Origin: Nannocystis bainbridge
GTDB taxonomy: Bacteria; Myxococcota_A; Polyangia; Nannocystales; Nannocystaceae
Direction of reading: 5' to 3'
Assembly: GCF_028368995.1 (NCBI RefSeq)
Contig: NZ_JAQNDL010000003.1
Coordinates: 480,001-544,000, forward strand
DNA length: 64,000 bases
A program made the translations under genes and the position numbers. A model generated the notes under the pieces. It was not told where the DNA came from, searched no databases, and saw only the letters and a list, made by a program, of their open reading frames with translations. Positions within the stretch are counted from its first letter, which is position 1; each line of letters starts with the position of its first letter. Below, in pieces: positions 29,292 to 37,653 of this stretch.

Positions 29292-29794
29292 CGACGTCCG
29301 ATGTTGCAGCGGAAGCGCGCTTCCGTCCAGCCGGCCGACGGGCCGGAGGGCGGACGCGCGCCCTGGCCAGGCCAGGAGCGGCTATCCTCTGTCTATCATA
29401 TGCCCATCCTCTGGATCAATGCTTGTTTGCGCGCACCGCGGCATGCGCGCGGCAAAACGCCACCTCCGCTCACCCGTACCTCGCGAATTTTGCAAAGGCG
29501 GCGCGCCGCATCCGACCTATCTCCTGTGACCTTCAACGGGCGTTCCGGTTCGGCTGAGGAGTGCCGACCGGGTCGGCAGCGGCGCGCCCCTGCCGAGATA
29601 CGCGACCGCCGTATCTCCTGTTCAAAGGGGTCACGGATCGCCTCGTAACGGCATCTGACGCCCCGTCTAGCCGTTCGGCGGCCCCGTTGGCCCCCTCGCT
29701 CCCTCCAGAATAGGGCGGCGTCCCTCGGTCGCCTCGCAACGAGGTCAGTAGCCTCGCACTGCGGCACCGACATCCCGCCGCGGAGTTCAACCCC

Positions 29795-30034
29795 ATGCAG
29801 ACCTCGATCCGTGTCCTCCCGACGCAGCCCCAGCTCCTCGTCCTCCCGACGCAGACCCCGATTCAGAACCCGACGTCCGCCCCCGTCTTCCGCGTCGTCC
29901 CCGCCACGGCGGCGGCCGTGTTCTGGGTGCTGCTGACGCTCCTGCCGTCCCTGCTGCTCCGGACTTCCTGTGGCTGCCAGGTTGGCGGACACATCAGCGA
30001 GGCGCCGCGCTTCGTGAAGCCTGGACCTCGTTAG
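29795..30034 (+). CDS. Small single-TM protein with RTxCxxQVxGH motif
   Basis: GGAG SD; AAVFWVLLTLLPSLLLRTSCGCQVGGHISE. Confidence 0.65.
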   Translation: MQTSIRVLPTQPQLLVLPTQTPIQNPTSAPVFRVVPATAAAVFWVLLTLLPSLLLRTSCGCQVGGHISEAPRFVKPGPR

Positions 30035-30041
30035 GCCCCCG

Positions 30042-30563
30042 TCAAACGTCCATCACGGGTCGGACCTCGTAGTCGGTCCGCCCCAGGTGCTTCCGAGCCC
30101 ACTCGGTCGCTTCGCCCGGGGTCCGGAACATCCCGCGGGTGAGCACGGAGAACGGGCCCGACGCCTCGGTCGGGTGCCACATCGTGCGGCCCGTCTTGGT
30201 GTACGGGATCACGACCGTGTAATAGGCCGGCGCTTCGCCCCCGCGCCCGCTCCCGCGGGCGGCCTCCGCCGCCATCTCCAGGCCCGTCGCCAGGGCGTCG
30301 GCGAGGTCGTCGGTCTGATAGCCCTCGTCCTCGGAGCCGCCGGCGACGGCGACGCGGTAGTCGTTCCCATCGTACTCGAGTGTAACCCCGACCGCTTCGA
30401 GCTGCGCGCGGGCGCGGTCCGCCGTCAGCCGAGCGGCCCGCGTTGCCGACCTCGCCGACGACTTCGCCCGCTTCGCCGGCGACTTCGCCCGCCTCGCGGC
30501 GGACTGGCGCTTCTTTCCCAAGGTCTTGACGGCGGCGCGGCGGGCGGCGTTCGTGCGAGGCAT
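30042..30563 (-). CDS. Hypothetical protein with histone-like basic N-terminus
   Basis: AARRAKSPAKRAKSSARS followed by two small globular segments; GCCATAT motif upstream. Confidence 0.75.
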   Translation of the reverse strand: MPRTNAARRAAVKTLGKKRQSAARRAKSPAKRAKSSARSATRAARLTADRARAQLEAVGVTLEYDGNDYRVAVAGGSEDEGYQTDDLADALATGLEMAAEAARGSGRGGEAPAYYTVVIPYTKTGRTMWHPTEASGPFSVLTRGMFRTPGEATEWARKHLGRTDYEVRPVMDV

Positions 30564-30749
30564 CGGCCGATATGGCGCGAGATGTCCTTGTGGCGCCGGC
30601 CGAGCACGATGGCGAACCCCGCGCGCCGCAACCGGCCAGGCTGCGGCCCGGGCGGTGCCAGCCGCGAAGGATCGGCGCGAGCTCGAGGACGCGGCCTTCG
30701 GCCTCCGTCCAGCCCGCGCAGATGCCGGCTCGCTGCGCCTGCCTGACCC

Positions 30750-31478
30750 TCAAGCCCAAGCGGTCCGCCAGGATGCGGGGATCGCCATGCCGCCCGTGTA
30801 ATGCCAATCCGCGCCGCCGTCCTTCAGCCCGAGCTGATTTATCGCGTACTCCCCGATCGACCTCCAAAGATCGGGACCCGGGCAATTGCTCTTTTTCGCT
30901 TCCCACTGACGATGCGCGTACACGTGCGTGATCGACGGGTAAAGCTGCCGGAGGCCGGCGATCAGCCTCCGGCCCGCGTTGACCTGCTGGGGTGCATCCT
31001 GCAGGTGATTCGCCCCGAAAGCCTCGGGCTTCCACCATTTTCCGTCCGCGCTTGGATAGTTGCCTTCAAACTCGATCGTGATCGAAAACGGGTTCGCCAG
31101 CGACGAGCCAAACCGCATTTGCTGGATCGGGTCGAAGTTCATCACGACGGAGCCGTCGCGCCTCACGACGAAGTGCGCGCGAACCTCGGCCCATTTCGGA
31201 TTGCTGGGCTGCCAGGTGAAACCCGTCTGATGCAGGACGAGCGCCCGGACATCCGAGGGCGAGCGCCGGCGGCGAATGTATGATTTCGGCGCCTTGCCGC
31301 GGAGGTCGACCAGCGCGACGGGGAGGTCGAGCGGGTTGGGCGCGTCGTCGTCGGGGGCGGGCGCTTGCGGCCCCGGCTGCGGCGTGGGCCCCGGCTTGGG
31401 CGTGGTCTTCTGCGGCGGGCCCGCGAGGGCGAGGACGACCGCCAGGGCGACGGCGAAGCCGACGAGCGAGCGAGACAC
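30750..31478 (-). CDS. N-acetylmuramoyl-L-alanine amidase (Amidase_2) with N-terminal signal/anchor
   Basis: LVLHQT, AHFVVRRDG, SITIEFEG, HVYAHRQ, SNCPG Zn-amidase motifs. Confidence 0.9.
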   Translation of the reverse strand: MSRSLVGFAVALAVVLALAGPPQKTTPKPGPTPQPGPQAPAPDDDAPNPLDLPVALVDLRGKAPKSYIRRRRSPSDVRALVLHQTGFTWQPSNPKWAEVRAHFVVRRDGSVVMNFDPIQQMRFGSSLANPFSITIEFEGNYPSADGKWWKPEAFGANHLQDAPQQVNAGRRLIAGLRQLYPSITHVYAHRQWEAKKSNCPGPDLWRSIGEYAINQLGLKDGGADWHYTGGMAIPASWRTAWA

Positions 31479-31558
31479 GCCCGATATGGCCGGCGCGGAC
31501 GCCGGCGCGCCGCTAGGCTAGGAGCTTGCGCACGAATCCATGCGACGCGGGTTGAGCG

Positions 31559-32434
31559 TCAACGAACAGCGGCGAGGAAGCGCAGGGCGCGTTGGGACGC
31601 ATCTATCTCCGCCGCCATCACCTTCCGCAAGAATGAGGGCAACCCATCCATGGTGACGACGTGGACGAACGTGTCCTTCTCGGGATAGTGCGCGCTACCC
31701 ACGGTAAAGCGGACTAGGGCGTGGTCCACTGGCTCGAGCTTCAGCCCGTCGGGTCCGTCTACGGCGGCGAGCAAGTTTCCGTCGAGCACGATCAGCGGCA
31801 CGACGACGGCGAATATCCTCACCTCTGTCTTTTTGTCGCCCTCGACGACGCATAAGGGTTGGATCTCGGCGGACGCCTTCGCCACCTTCACTGCGGCCTC
31901 AAACCAGGCATCCGCTGCCTTGTCGGTTCTGTGTTGATGGATCGAGGTAGACAGATGCTGGGGGACCAACGACATGCCACAGAAGGCGTCGTCGAGAGCG
32001 AGGACGTCACCCTTTGTGTCGCGAGGGTGAGCCCCACCGACCGGAATTTTCGCCAGTTCCCGGTCGAACCACTCCGGAAGTTCCGACTCGATGGTCCCCC
32101 GAGGGTCGAACATGTCTGGCGGCAATTTGTCCCCGAGGATCCATATATAGCCGCTCTTCACTTCTCCGACGATTTGGTGGTGGAACTCTCGAGCGTCCTT
32201 CAGACCGCCTATGCGCTGGGCAAAGATGTCCACCTCTCGGGTCGTACCGCCATTGGCGCCATCCCGATCCAGGTAGTAGAAAGCCCAGCTCTCGAAGCCC
32301 TCATTCGCGAAGATCTTGCGGGCCCTCAGTTCAGAGCCGAATCCGCCCTCGCTCAGCTCATTAAGAATTTGTAGGCGCTCTCCGTCGGCCATGTCCGCCC
32401 ACCGGGCGGGTTTGGGCCTTTTGGGTTTGTTCAT
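31559..32434 (-). CDS. PD-(D/E)xK restriction-endonuclease-like protein (lower-GC cargo)
   Basis: GFGSELRARKIF...YLD...REVDIFA...VGEVKS. Confidence 0.7.
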   Translation of the reverse strand: MNKPKRPKPARWADMADGERLQILNELSEGGFGSELRARKIFANEGFESWAFYYLDRDGANGGTTREVDIFAQRIGGLKDAREFHHQIVGEVKSGYIWILGDKLPPDMFDPRGTIESELPEWFDRELAKIPVGGAHPRDTKGDVLALDDAFCGMSLVPQHLSTSIHQHRTDKAADAWFEAAVKVAKASAEIQPLCVVEGDKKTEVRIFAVVVPLIVLDGNLLAAVDGPDGLKLEPVDHALVRFTVGSAHYPEKDTFVHVVTMDGLPSFLRKVMAAEIDASQRALRFLAAVR

Positions 32435-32548
32435 GGCGGGAGGACACCACGAGAAGTTCTCGCCAGCGACCGGCGCATCGGCGCCTCCGCGTGAGGTACA
32501 TCATTCCTTTCACCCGAGGTGGGCTCGGGCGAAAGTTGCTTCCCCAGC

Positions 32549-32743
32549 CTATCTCACCAGGGCGCCCCGGGGCCCCGTGAAGCGTTCCCGGGGAAGGGCC
32601 TGGCAGGCGAGCACCGCGACTCGCTCCGACGCGCTCGTCGGCCGGCGCCACCACGTTTCGCCCGGTCGCCACACCTGCCAGCCGTGAACGTCGTCGCCGG
32701 CGCCCCATTGGGCCGCCGCGCCGCGGTAGCGGACGCGCATCAC
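32549..32743 (-). CDS. Small hypothetical protein
   Basis: Start overlaps the stop of the upstream gene; Trp-rich, 64 aa. Confidence 0.4.
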   Translation of the reverse strand: MMRVRYRGAAAQWGAGDDVHGWQVWRPGETWWRRPTSASERVAVLACQALPRERFTGPRGALVR

Positions 32744-33717
32744 GGCGGCATCGGCGGCATGTCCTCGCCGCGGTCGAGGCGCTCGGCCAGCGCGGTCAGC
32801 TCACAGTCGCCGTCGAGGATCTGGAGCGCGAGCGTCGCCCCTTGCGCCACGCCGCTCGCCGGGTAGTTGGCGCACAGGCGATGAATCGCCGCGAGCCGGT
32901 CGCGGTACTGCCCGCCGTGGATCAGCATGGCTTTCGCGGCGTCCTCGGGGGTGATCGGCTGGCCGAAGACCTTGGAGAGCTTGGCCGTGACCCCCGCGGA
33001 GAGGCCGAACCCGATCACGCGTCCGATCGGGGAGTCGAGCGCCTCGCCAATGAACGCGCGAGCTTCCTTGATGGTCGAGCCCCAAGAGTCCGCAACGAGC
33101 AACTGGTCGAGCGCCTGGCGGGTCTGCACAATCGCCTGGGCTCCACCGGCGAGGCTGTCGAGCGTCTGGCGGCGATAGTCCGTCGCCCGGGCATCAAGCT
33201 CCCACGCCGCCGTAAGCTGGGCCGATGCGTGGTCTTGACATTTCTTGACGATCCCGATCGTCCGGTCGACGCATACTTCCTCGACCTTCGAGAGCTTGTC
33301 CCATTCGCTATTGCGGCGAGCGCGGAGTGAGCGCAGTTCCTCGCGGGCCTCGGCGATCTGCGCGTCGAGGCGCCCGAGCTCGGCGCGGGCGCTGGCCACG
33401 TCGGGCGCCCCGGCCTCGCCGACAATCTCGACCGCGCTCGCGCTGCCGTCGTCGTCGTCGTCGCCGGCCTGCCCCTCGCAGTACCGGTCGCCGACGTACA
33501 GACGCGGCCGCCCGGCGCGGTGCCGCCGGTTGTGCGAGCGCAGGGTCTTTTCCAGGCGCAGCGCGTCGTCGGGCGTCGTTTCCCAGGTGAGCATGCGCCG
33601 GCCGACGATCGGGCTTCCCGCCTGCGCCGCCTCCCTGCGCCCGGGCTGCGGGATCGTGACGGTGATCCAGACCCGCTCTTCGGCCTCGGCGTCGATCGGC
33701 TCGTCGTGGTCGCTCAC
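32740..33717 (-). CDS. Hypothetical coiled-coil protein
   Basis: VASARAELGRLDAQIAEAREELRSL heptads; GCCATAG 6 nt before GTG 33717. Confidence 0.75.
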   Translation of the reverse strand: MSDHDEPIDAEAEERVWITVTIPQPGRREAAQAGSPIVGRRMLTWETTPDDALRLEKTLRSHNRRHRAGRPRLYVGDRYCEGQAGDDDDDGSASAVEIVGEAGAPDVASARAELGRLDAQIAEAREELRSLRARRNSEWDKLSKVEEVCVDRTIGIVKKCQDHASAQLTAAWELDARATDYRRQTLDSLAGGAQAIVQTRQALDQLLVADSWGSTIKEARAFIGEALDSPIGRVIGFGLSAGVTAKLSKVFGQPITPEDAAKAMLIHGGQYRDRLAAIHRLCANYPASGVAQGATLALQILDGDCELTALAERLDRGEDMPPMPP

Positions 33718-34123
33718 CGGCAACTATGGCCGCCGGCAACGTTGCTGCGCCGGCGCCCCGCCGCCCAACGGGCGGGGCGCCGCCGTCTGCGAGCGTAGGA
33801 CGCTCTTCGTTAACTAGTTAATTCCGTAAAGCAGATCGCGCGCGCGCGGTCAGACCGCCGCGGCCGTGGACGCGAGCTTCCGGCGCCGGTGACGTCGCAA
33901 CACTCCAGGAACGCGGGCCACGCCGCGATCTGATGTCGCAGGTTCGTGGACGCGCGCTCTGGGCAGGGGTCGCAGTGCGGGCCGAGCCGCAGTCAACCCC
34001 CACGCGGGGCCCGGGAGCGGACCGCCGGTCGCGACACCTCACGGCCCACGGCCACCGGTGCGATCTCCCTGCGCAAGCCGGAACCCTTGCGGTAGCGGCG
34101 ACGCGTCCGGTACCGTCCGCGCG

Positions 34124-34384
34124 GTGTCCTTCCCCCTTACAACCGAGGATTTGGCGAAATTGGCCAATCTCAGCATACCCACCATTCGGGAATGGCGGAC
34201 GCTCGGGCTATTCGTCGGGGTCAAGACGACGAAGAAGGGCGGAAGCGGTGGGGTGCGGATCTTGTGGGCGGCCTCGGCTGCGGACAGGGTGGCGGAGATC
34301 GTGAAGCTCAAGGGCGAGGGCTGGGGTAACGACGCCCTGCGCGAGAAATTCGAGGCAGAGGCGAAAGCGCAGCAGAACGGCTAG
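34124..34384 (+). CDS. MerR/Xis-like HTH protein
   Basis: LTTEDLAKLANLSIPTIREWRTLGL; TACCGT 7 nt before GTG. Confidence 0.8.
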   Translation: MSFPLTTEDLAKLANLSIPTIREWRTLGLFVGVKTTKKGGSGGVRILWAASAADRVAEIVKLKGEGWGNDALREKFEAEAKAQQNG

Positions 34385-34633
34385 TTACCCCGCGTTCGGC
34401 GGCAGCCGGCGCTCGACCTCACACCGAGGCCAGCCGGACGCAACAGCCGCAGGACGCGCTCGCCCATGTGGCGCTCGTCCGACAGGACGGCGAGCTCGAC
34501 GCTCGAGTCGGCCTCGCCGCGCGTCGATCGTCAGCGGCCGAGGCGCCACACGCGCACGCCGCGCGCCAATTCGCGCAAGGGTGCATGCCCTCCGCTTGGC
34601 ACCTCGTAGAGGCTCAGTTATCCTGTGCAAACG

Positions 34634-34837
34634 ATGCCGAAGCCGCCGGACAGATTGCTGACAAGAGTCAAAGAGGTCATTGGGGACCACCAACCGATCG
34701 GTATGTTGGAAATCCTCCGCGCGATCACCCCTACTCCAGAACAGGAGACCCGAGCTGCGATCGAGCACTTGGTCCAGCGTGGTGAAATCGGGTTCGACGT
34801 TCAAATGAAATTGCGGGCAGATTCAGCCAGCCGGTAG
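34634..34837 (+). CDS. Small winged-helix-like protein directly upstream of the dGTPase
   Basis: PIGMLEILRAI...ETRAAIEHLVQRGEI; same lower-GC composition as the dGTPase. Confidence 0.55.
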   Translation: MPKPPDRLLTRVKEVIGDHQPIGMLEILRAITPTPEQETRAAIEHLVQRGEIGFDVQMKLRADSASR

Positions 34838-34845
34838 GATTGCCA

Positions 34846-36093
34846 ATGCGCAATGGTCGATTCTCCAACGCGGCCGGCCAGGACCAACGGAAGGACTTCG
34901 CCCGCGATCGGGACCGCATCCTTTACTGCAGTGCCTTTCGTCGTCTCGCGGGGGTCACTCAAGTGGCCAGCGCGTCCGAAGGTGTCCTGTTTCACAATAG
35001 GATGATCCATAGCCTCAAGGTGGGACAAATTGCGCGTCGGCTTGTTGAGCAGGCGCTGGAGCAGAATAAAGCGCTAGATATCGATCCAGAGGTCGCCGAA
35101 GCCGCTGGGCTGGCTCACGACCTTGGCCATCCACCCTTTGGCCATATCGGAGAGGAGACCCTTAGCGAGCTACTAAAGGAACTCGGAGATCCTGAGGGCT
35201 ATGAAGGTAATCCTCAGTCCTTCCGAATTCTTGTGCGACTAGCCATCCGTTTCGACGATACGCCCGGCCTGGACCTCACGAGGGCTACCCTGGCCGCCGT
35301 CATGAAATACCCGTGGCTACACAAGAAGGATGATCCGAAGAAAGGGCGCAAATGGGCAGCGTACCACTCGGACGAACCAATGTTCAAGTTCGCGCGTGAA
35401 GGGCACGAGGCAGATCGCCCCACGCTTGAGGCCCAGATTATGGATTGGGCAGATGATATTGCCTACTCCGTGCATGATCTCGAGGATTTTCACCGAGCAG
35501 GGATGATTCACTGGTCGCAGATTCAAGAGAAGCTAGAGCTTGAAGCAATCATCAGCGGGGCTCGCGCCAAGTGGCCCGATGCTCCAACAGACGCGGTCAA
35601 ACGACTTGAGGACGCAGCCCAACGGCTCTTCGCCATACTTCCAAGCCAAATGCGGGAGCCATTCGTAGGTAATGCAGATCAAAGACGAAAGCTCCGTTGG
35701 TGGACATCGACGTTGATTGGTCGGTACGTGCAACAAACCAGTGTAGAGGAAAAGCGGGTCACTAAACCTCCGGAATTCGAGGACGAGGTTCGCTTCCTCA
35801 AGCAAATTACATGGCGCTACGTGATCGAGAACACAGCCCTCGCTGGCCAGCAATTCGGCCAGCGAAAGATACTCAGCGAATTATTCCATGATCTCCACGA
35901 GATAGCCCGGTCGCCCAAACTGCGTAATGCCTTTCCTCATCGTAGCCGACATCTTCTCTCAGAGGAGGGAATTCAATACCCTCGTGCTGTGGCCGATGCG
36001 CTAGCGAGCATGACTGAAGCCGAGGTCGTGGCGTTGCATATGCGCTTGCGCGGAATCGATGGCGGTACGGTGCTGAACCCTATCGTTCGTTGA
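34846..36093 (+). CDS. dgt: Deoxyguanosinetriphosphate triphosphohydrolase (dGTPase, HD domain)
   Basis: RDRDRILY..AFRRL..VTQV, HNRMIHSLKV, LAHDLGHPPFGH.GE, EGNPQSFRI, KYPW, MDWADDIAYSVHDLED. Confidence 0.95.
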   Translation: MRNGRFSNAAGQDQRKDFARDRDRILYCSAFRRLAGVTQVASASEGVLFHNRMIHSLKVGQIARRLVEQALEQNKALDIDPEVAEAAGLAHDLGHPPFGHIGEETLSELLKELGDPEGYEGNPQSFRILVRLAIRFDDTPGLDLTRATLAAVMKYPWLHKKDDPKKGRKWAAYHSDEPMFKFAREGHEADRPTLEAQIMDWADDIAYSVHDLEDFHRAGMIHWSQIQEKLELEAIISGARAKWPDAPTDAVKRLEDAAQRLFAILPSQMREPFVGNADQRRKLRWWTSTLIGRYVQQTSVEEKRVTKPPEFEDEVRFLKQITWRYVIENTALAGQQFGQRKILSELFHDLHEIARSPKLRNAFPHRSRHLLSEEGIQYPRAVADALASMTEAEVVALHMRLRGIDGGTVLNPIVR

Positions 36094-36152
36094 GAGCGCC
36101 TGCGAGAGTTTGCCGCGCCTAAGCGCGACGACCGCGCCGCGGCCTGCCCGCG

Positions 36153-36857
36153 CTACACAAGCCGCGGCTCGCGGCGATGGCCGCGAAGCGCGGCCCGGAC
36201 GAGAGCGTCGTCGGGAGGCAGCGCCACCCGCAGATCCAGGATCAGCGAACCGGCCTCGCCCTTGGCCGAGCGGATGCCGCGGCCGCGCAGGCGCAGCGGC
36301 CGAAGGGGGGCGTGAGGCTGGCCCGGCAGCCGGACCGCCACGTCGCCCCACGGGGTCGGCGTCGTGATCTCCGCCTCCGTGATCACGTCATACAAGCTCA
36401 CCTCCAGCTCCCCGCGCAAGTCGAGCCCGTCCCGGCGCCACGGACTGTAATCGACCTCCACGACGATCGCCGGCGCCCGCCCGCCTCCCCGGTCGAGCTC
36501 GACCGGCAACACGTCGCCCACGTTGACCCCGGGCGGCACGCGGACGACCCCGCCGAACCCGCCATAGTCCACCAGCATCGAACCGCCGCGCCACGCCGCC
36601 GGGCCCGACAGGCGCAGATTTACGATCCGCGTCGCCCGCGAGGGAGGCGGCGGAGCGGGGGCCGGCGGCTCCGGTTGCTCGAAGAGCGCAAGGGCCTGTG
36701 ACAGGCGGCGGGCTTCCTCGGCCGCCGCGGCGTCATGCGGCCGCCGGTCCGGGTGAACCGCGGCGATCCGTCGCCGGAAGGCTCGGCGCCCCTCCTCGGG
36801 GGAGGCGTCGACGGGGATCCCCAGAATCCCCGCGGCCCATGCACGATCATTCGTCAT
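36153..36857 (-). CDS. DnaJ/CbpA-like protein (J-domain plus DnaJ C-terminal domain)
   Basis: ILGIPVDAS.EE.RRAFRR....HPD; RRDGLDL..ELEVSL; LRLRGRGI. Confidence 0.85.
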   Translation of the reverse strand: MTNDRAWAAGILGIPVDASPEEGRRAFRRRIAAVHPDRRPHDAAAAEEARRLSQALALFEQPEPPAPAPPPPSRATRIVNLRLSGPAAWRGGSMLVDYGGFGGVVRVPPGVNVGDVLPVELDRGGGRAPAIVVEVDYSPWRRDGLDLRGELEVSLYDVITEAEITTPTPWGDVAVRLPGQPHAPLRPLRLRGRGIRSAKGEAGSLILDLRVALPPDDALVRAALRGHRREPRLV

Positions 36858-37119
36858 AGGCCCCCCGAAACAGTGCGAGCAATCGGAGCCCCCGCGACCG
36901 CGCCCGATCCAGCACCGCCGACAGATCGACGCCGCGCGCGCTGGCCAGTAGCAGGGCGAGATACACCTCGCGGACGAGGCCCCGCGCCTCGCGCCGCCCC
37001 GCTTCGAGCCTGCTCACCGTGCAGCGGTCGAGCCCGAGCAGGTCGGCGAGCTCGCGTTGCGACAACGGACCCCCGCGCCCGAGCCGAGCGCGAGCCCGGC
37101 GAATGTCATTAGGCTGCAT
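36847..37119 (-). CDS. XRE-family HTH protein
   Basis: LSQRELADLLGLDRCTVSRLEAGRR. Confidence 0.88.
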   Translation of the reverse strand: MQPNDIRRARARLGRGGPLSQRELADLLGLDRCTVSRLEAGRREARGLVREVYLALLLASARGVDLSAVLDRARSRGLRLLALFRGAYDE

Positions 37120-37127
37120 CCGCGGCG

Positions 37128-37191
37128 ATATGGCGCCGCAGGGTGCGACTGTGCCGCCCGCACGGCCGTCCGCGCGGCGCGCTCGCCAGAT
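37128..37191. promoter_or_regulatory. Back-to-back pair of GCCA(T/G)AT putative late promoters
   Basis: GCCATAT (-) at 37128-37134 and GCCAGAT (+) at 37185-37191, each 8 nt before an ATG. Confidence 0.65.
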
Positions 37192-37199
37192 CCGGCGAA

Positions 37200-37625
37200 A
37201 TGGCTGCCGCAGCAGGAACCAAGTCCGAGCAGATCGAGAAGTGGCGCGATAAGTACCACGACGCGCGCAAGGCGGCGGAAGAGACCATCGCCGAATACAA
37301 GAAGAAGGCGGCGCGCTTCTGGAAAGAGGACATGCCGACCGTCGCCAAGTACGGCGGTGCGGGCGCGCTGCTCGGCTTGTGGGCCGGCTCCTACCTTTAC
37401 GACAAGATGGCCGAATGGTTCGGCGCTGATTCGTATCTGGCCCTCTACGGGACCGCCGCGCTCGGCGTGGTCGTCGTGGCCTTCGCGCCGAAGATCGTCC
37501 GCGGTGCGGTGAGGAAGACCGAACAGCAGGGTCCTGCGATTGCCGCCCTTTCGGGCTTTGGCGTCGGTCTGGCGGGCATTGGGGCCTGGCGGGCTTGGCA
37601 GGACTACAGCGCGACGAACGCCTGA
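37200..37625 (+). CDS. Three-TM membrane protein, candidate virion membrane protein
   Basis: Charged N-terminal helix and three Gly-rich hydrophobic segments; first gene of the + strand module. Confidence 0.8.
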   Translation: MAAAAGTKSEQIEKWRDKYHDARKAAEETIAEYKKKAARFWKEDMPTVAKYGGAGALLGLWAGSYLYDKMAEWFGADSYLALYGTAALGVVVVAFAPKIVRGAVRKTEQQGPAIAALSGFGVGLAGIGAWRAWQDYSATNA

Positions 37626-37653
37626 TTTTCGCTGGTGATTGGAGATAACATCA

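Noticed and set aside
35141-35147. GCCATAT inside the dGTPase gene
   Set aside because: Explained by conserved GHIG codons and not followed by a start; treated as chance
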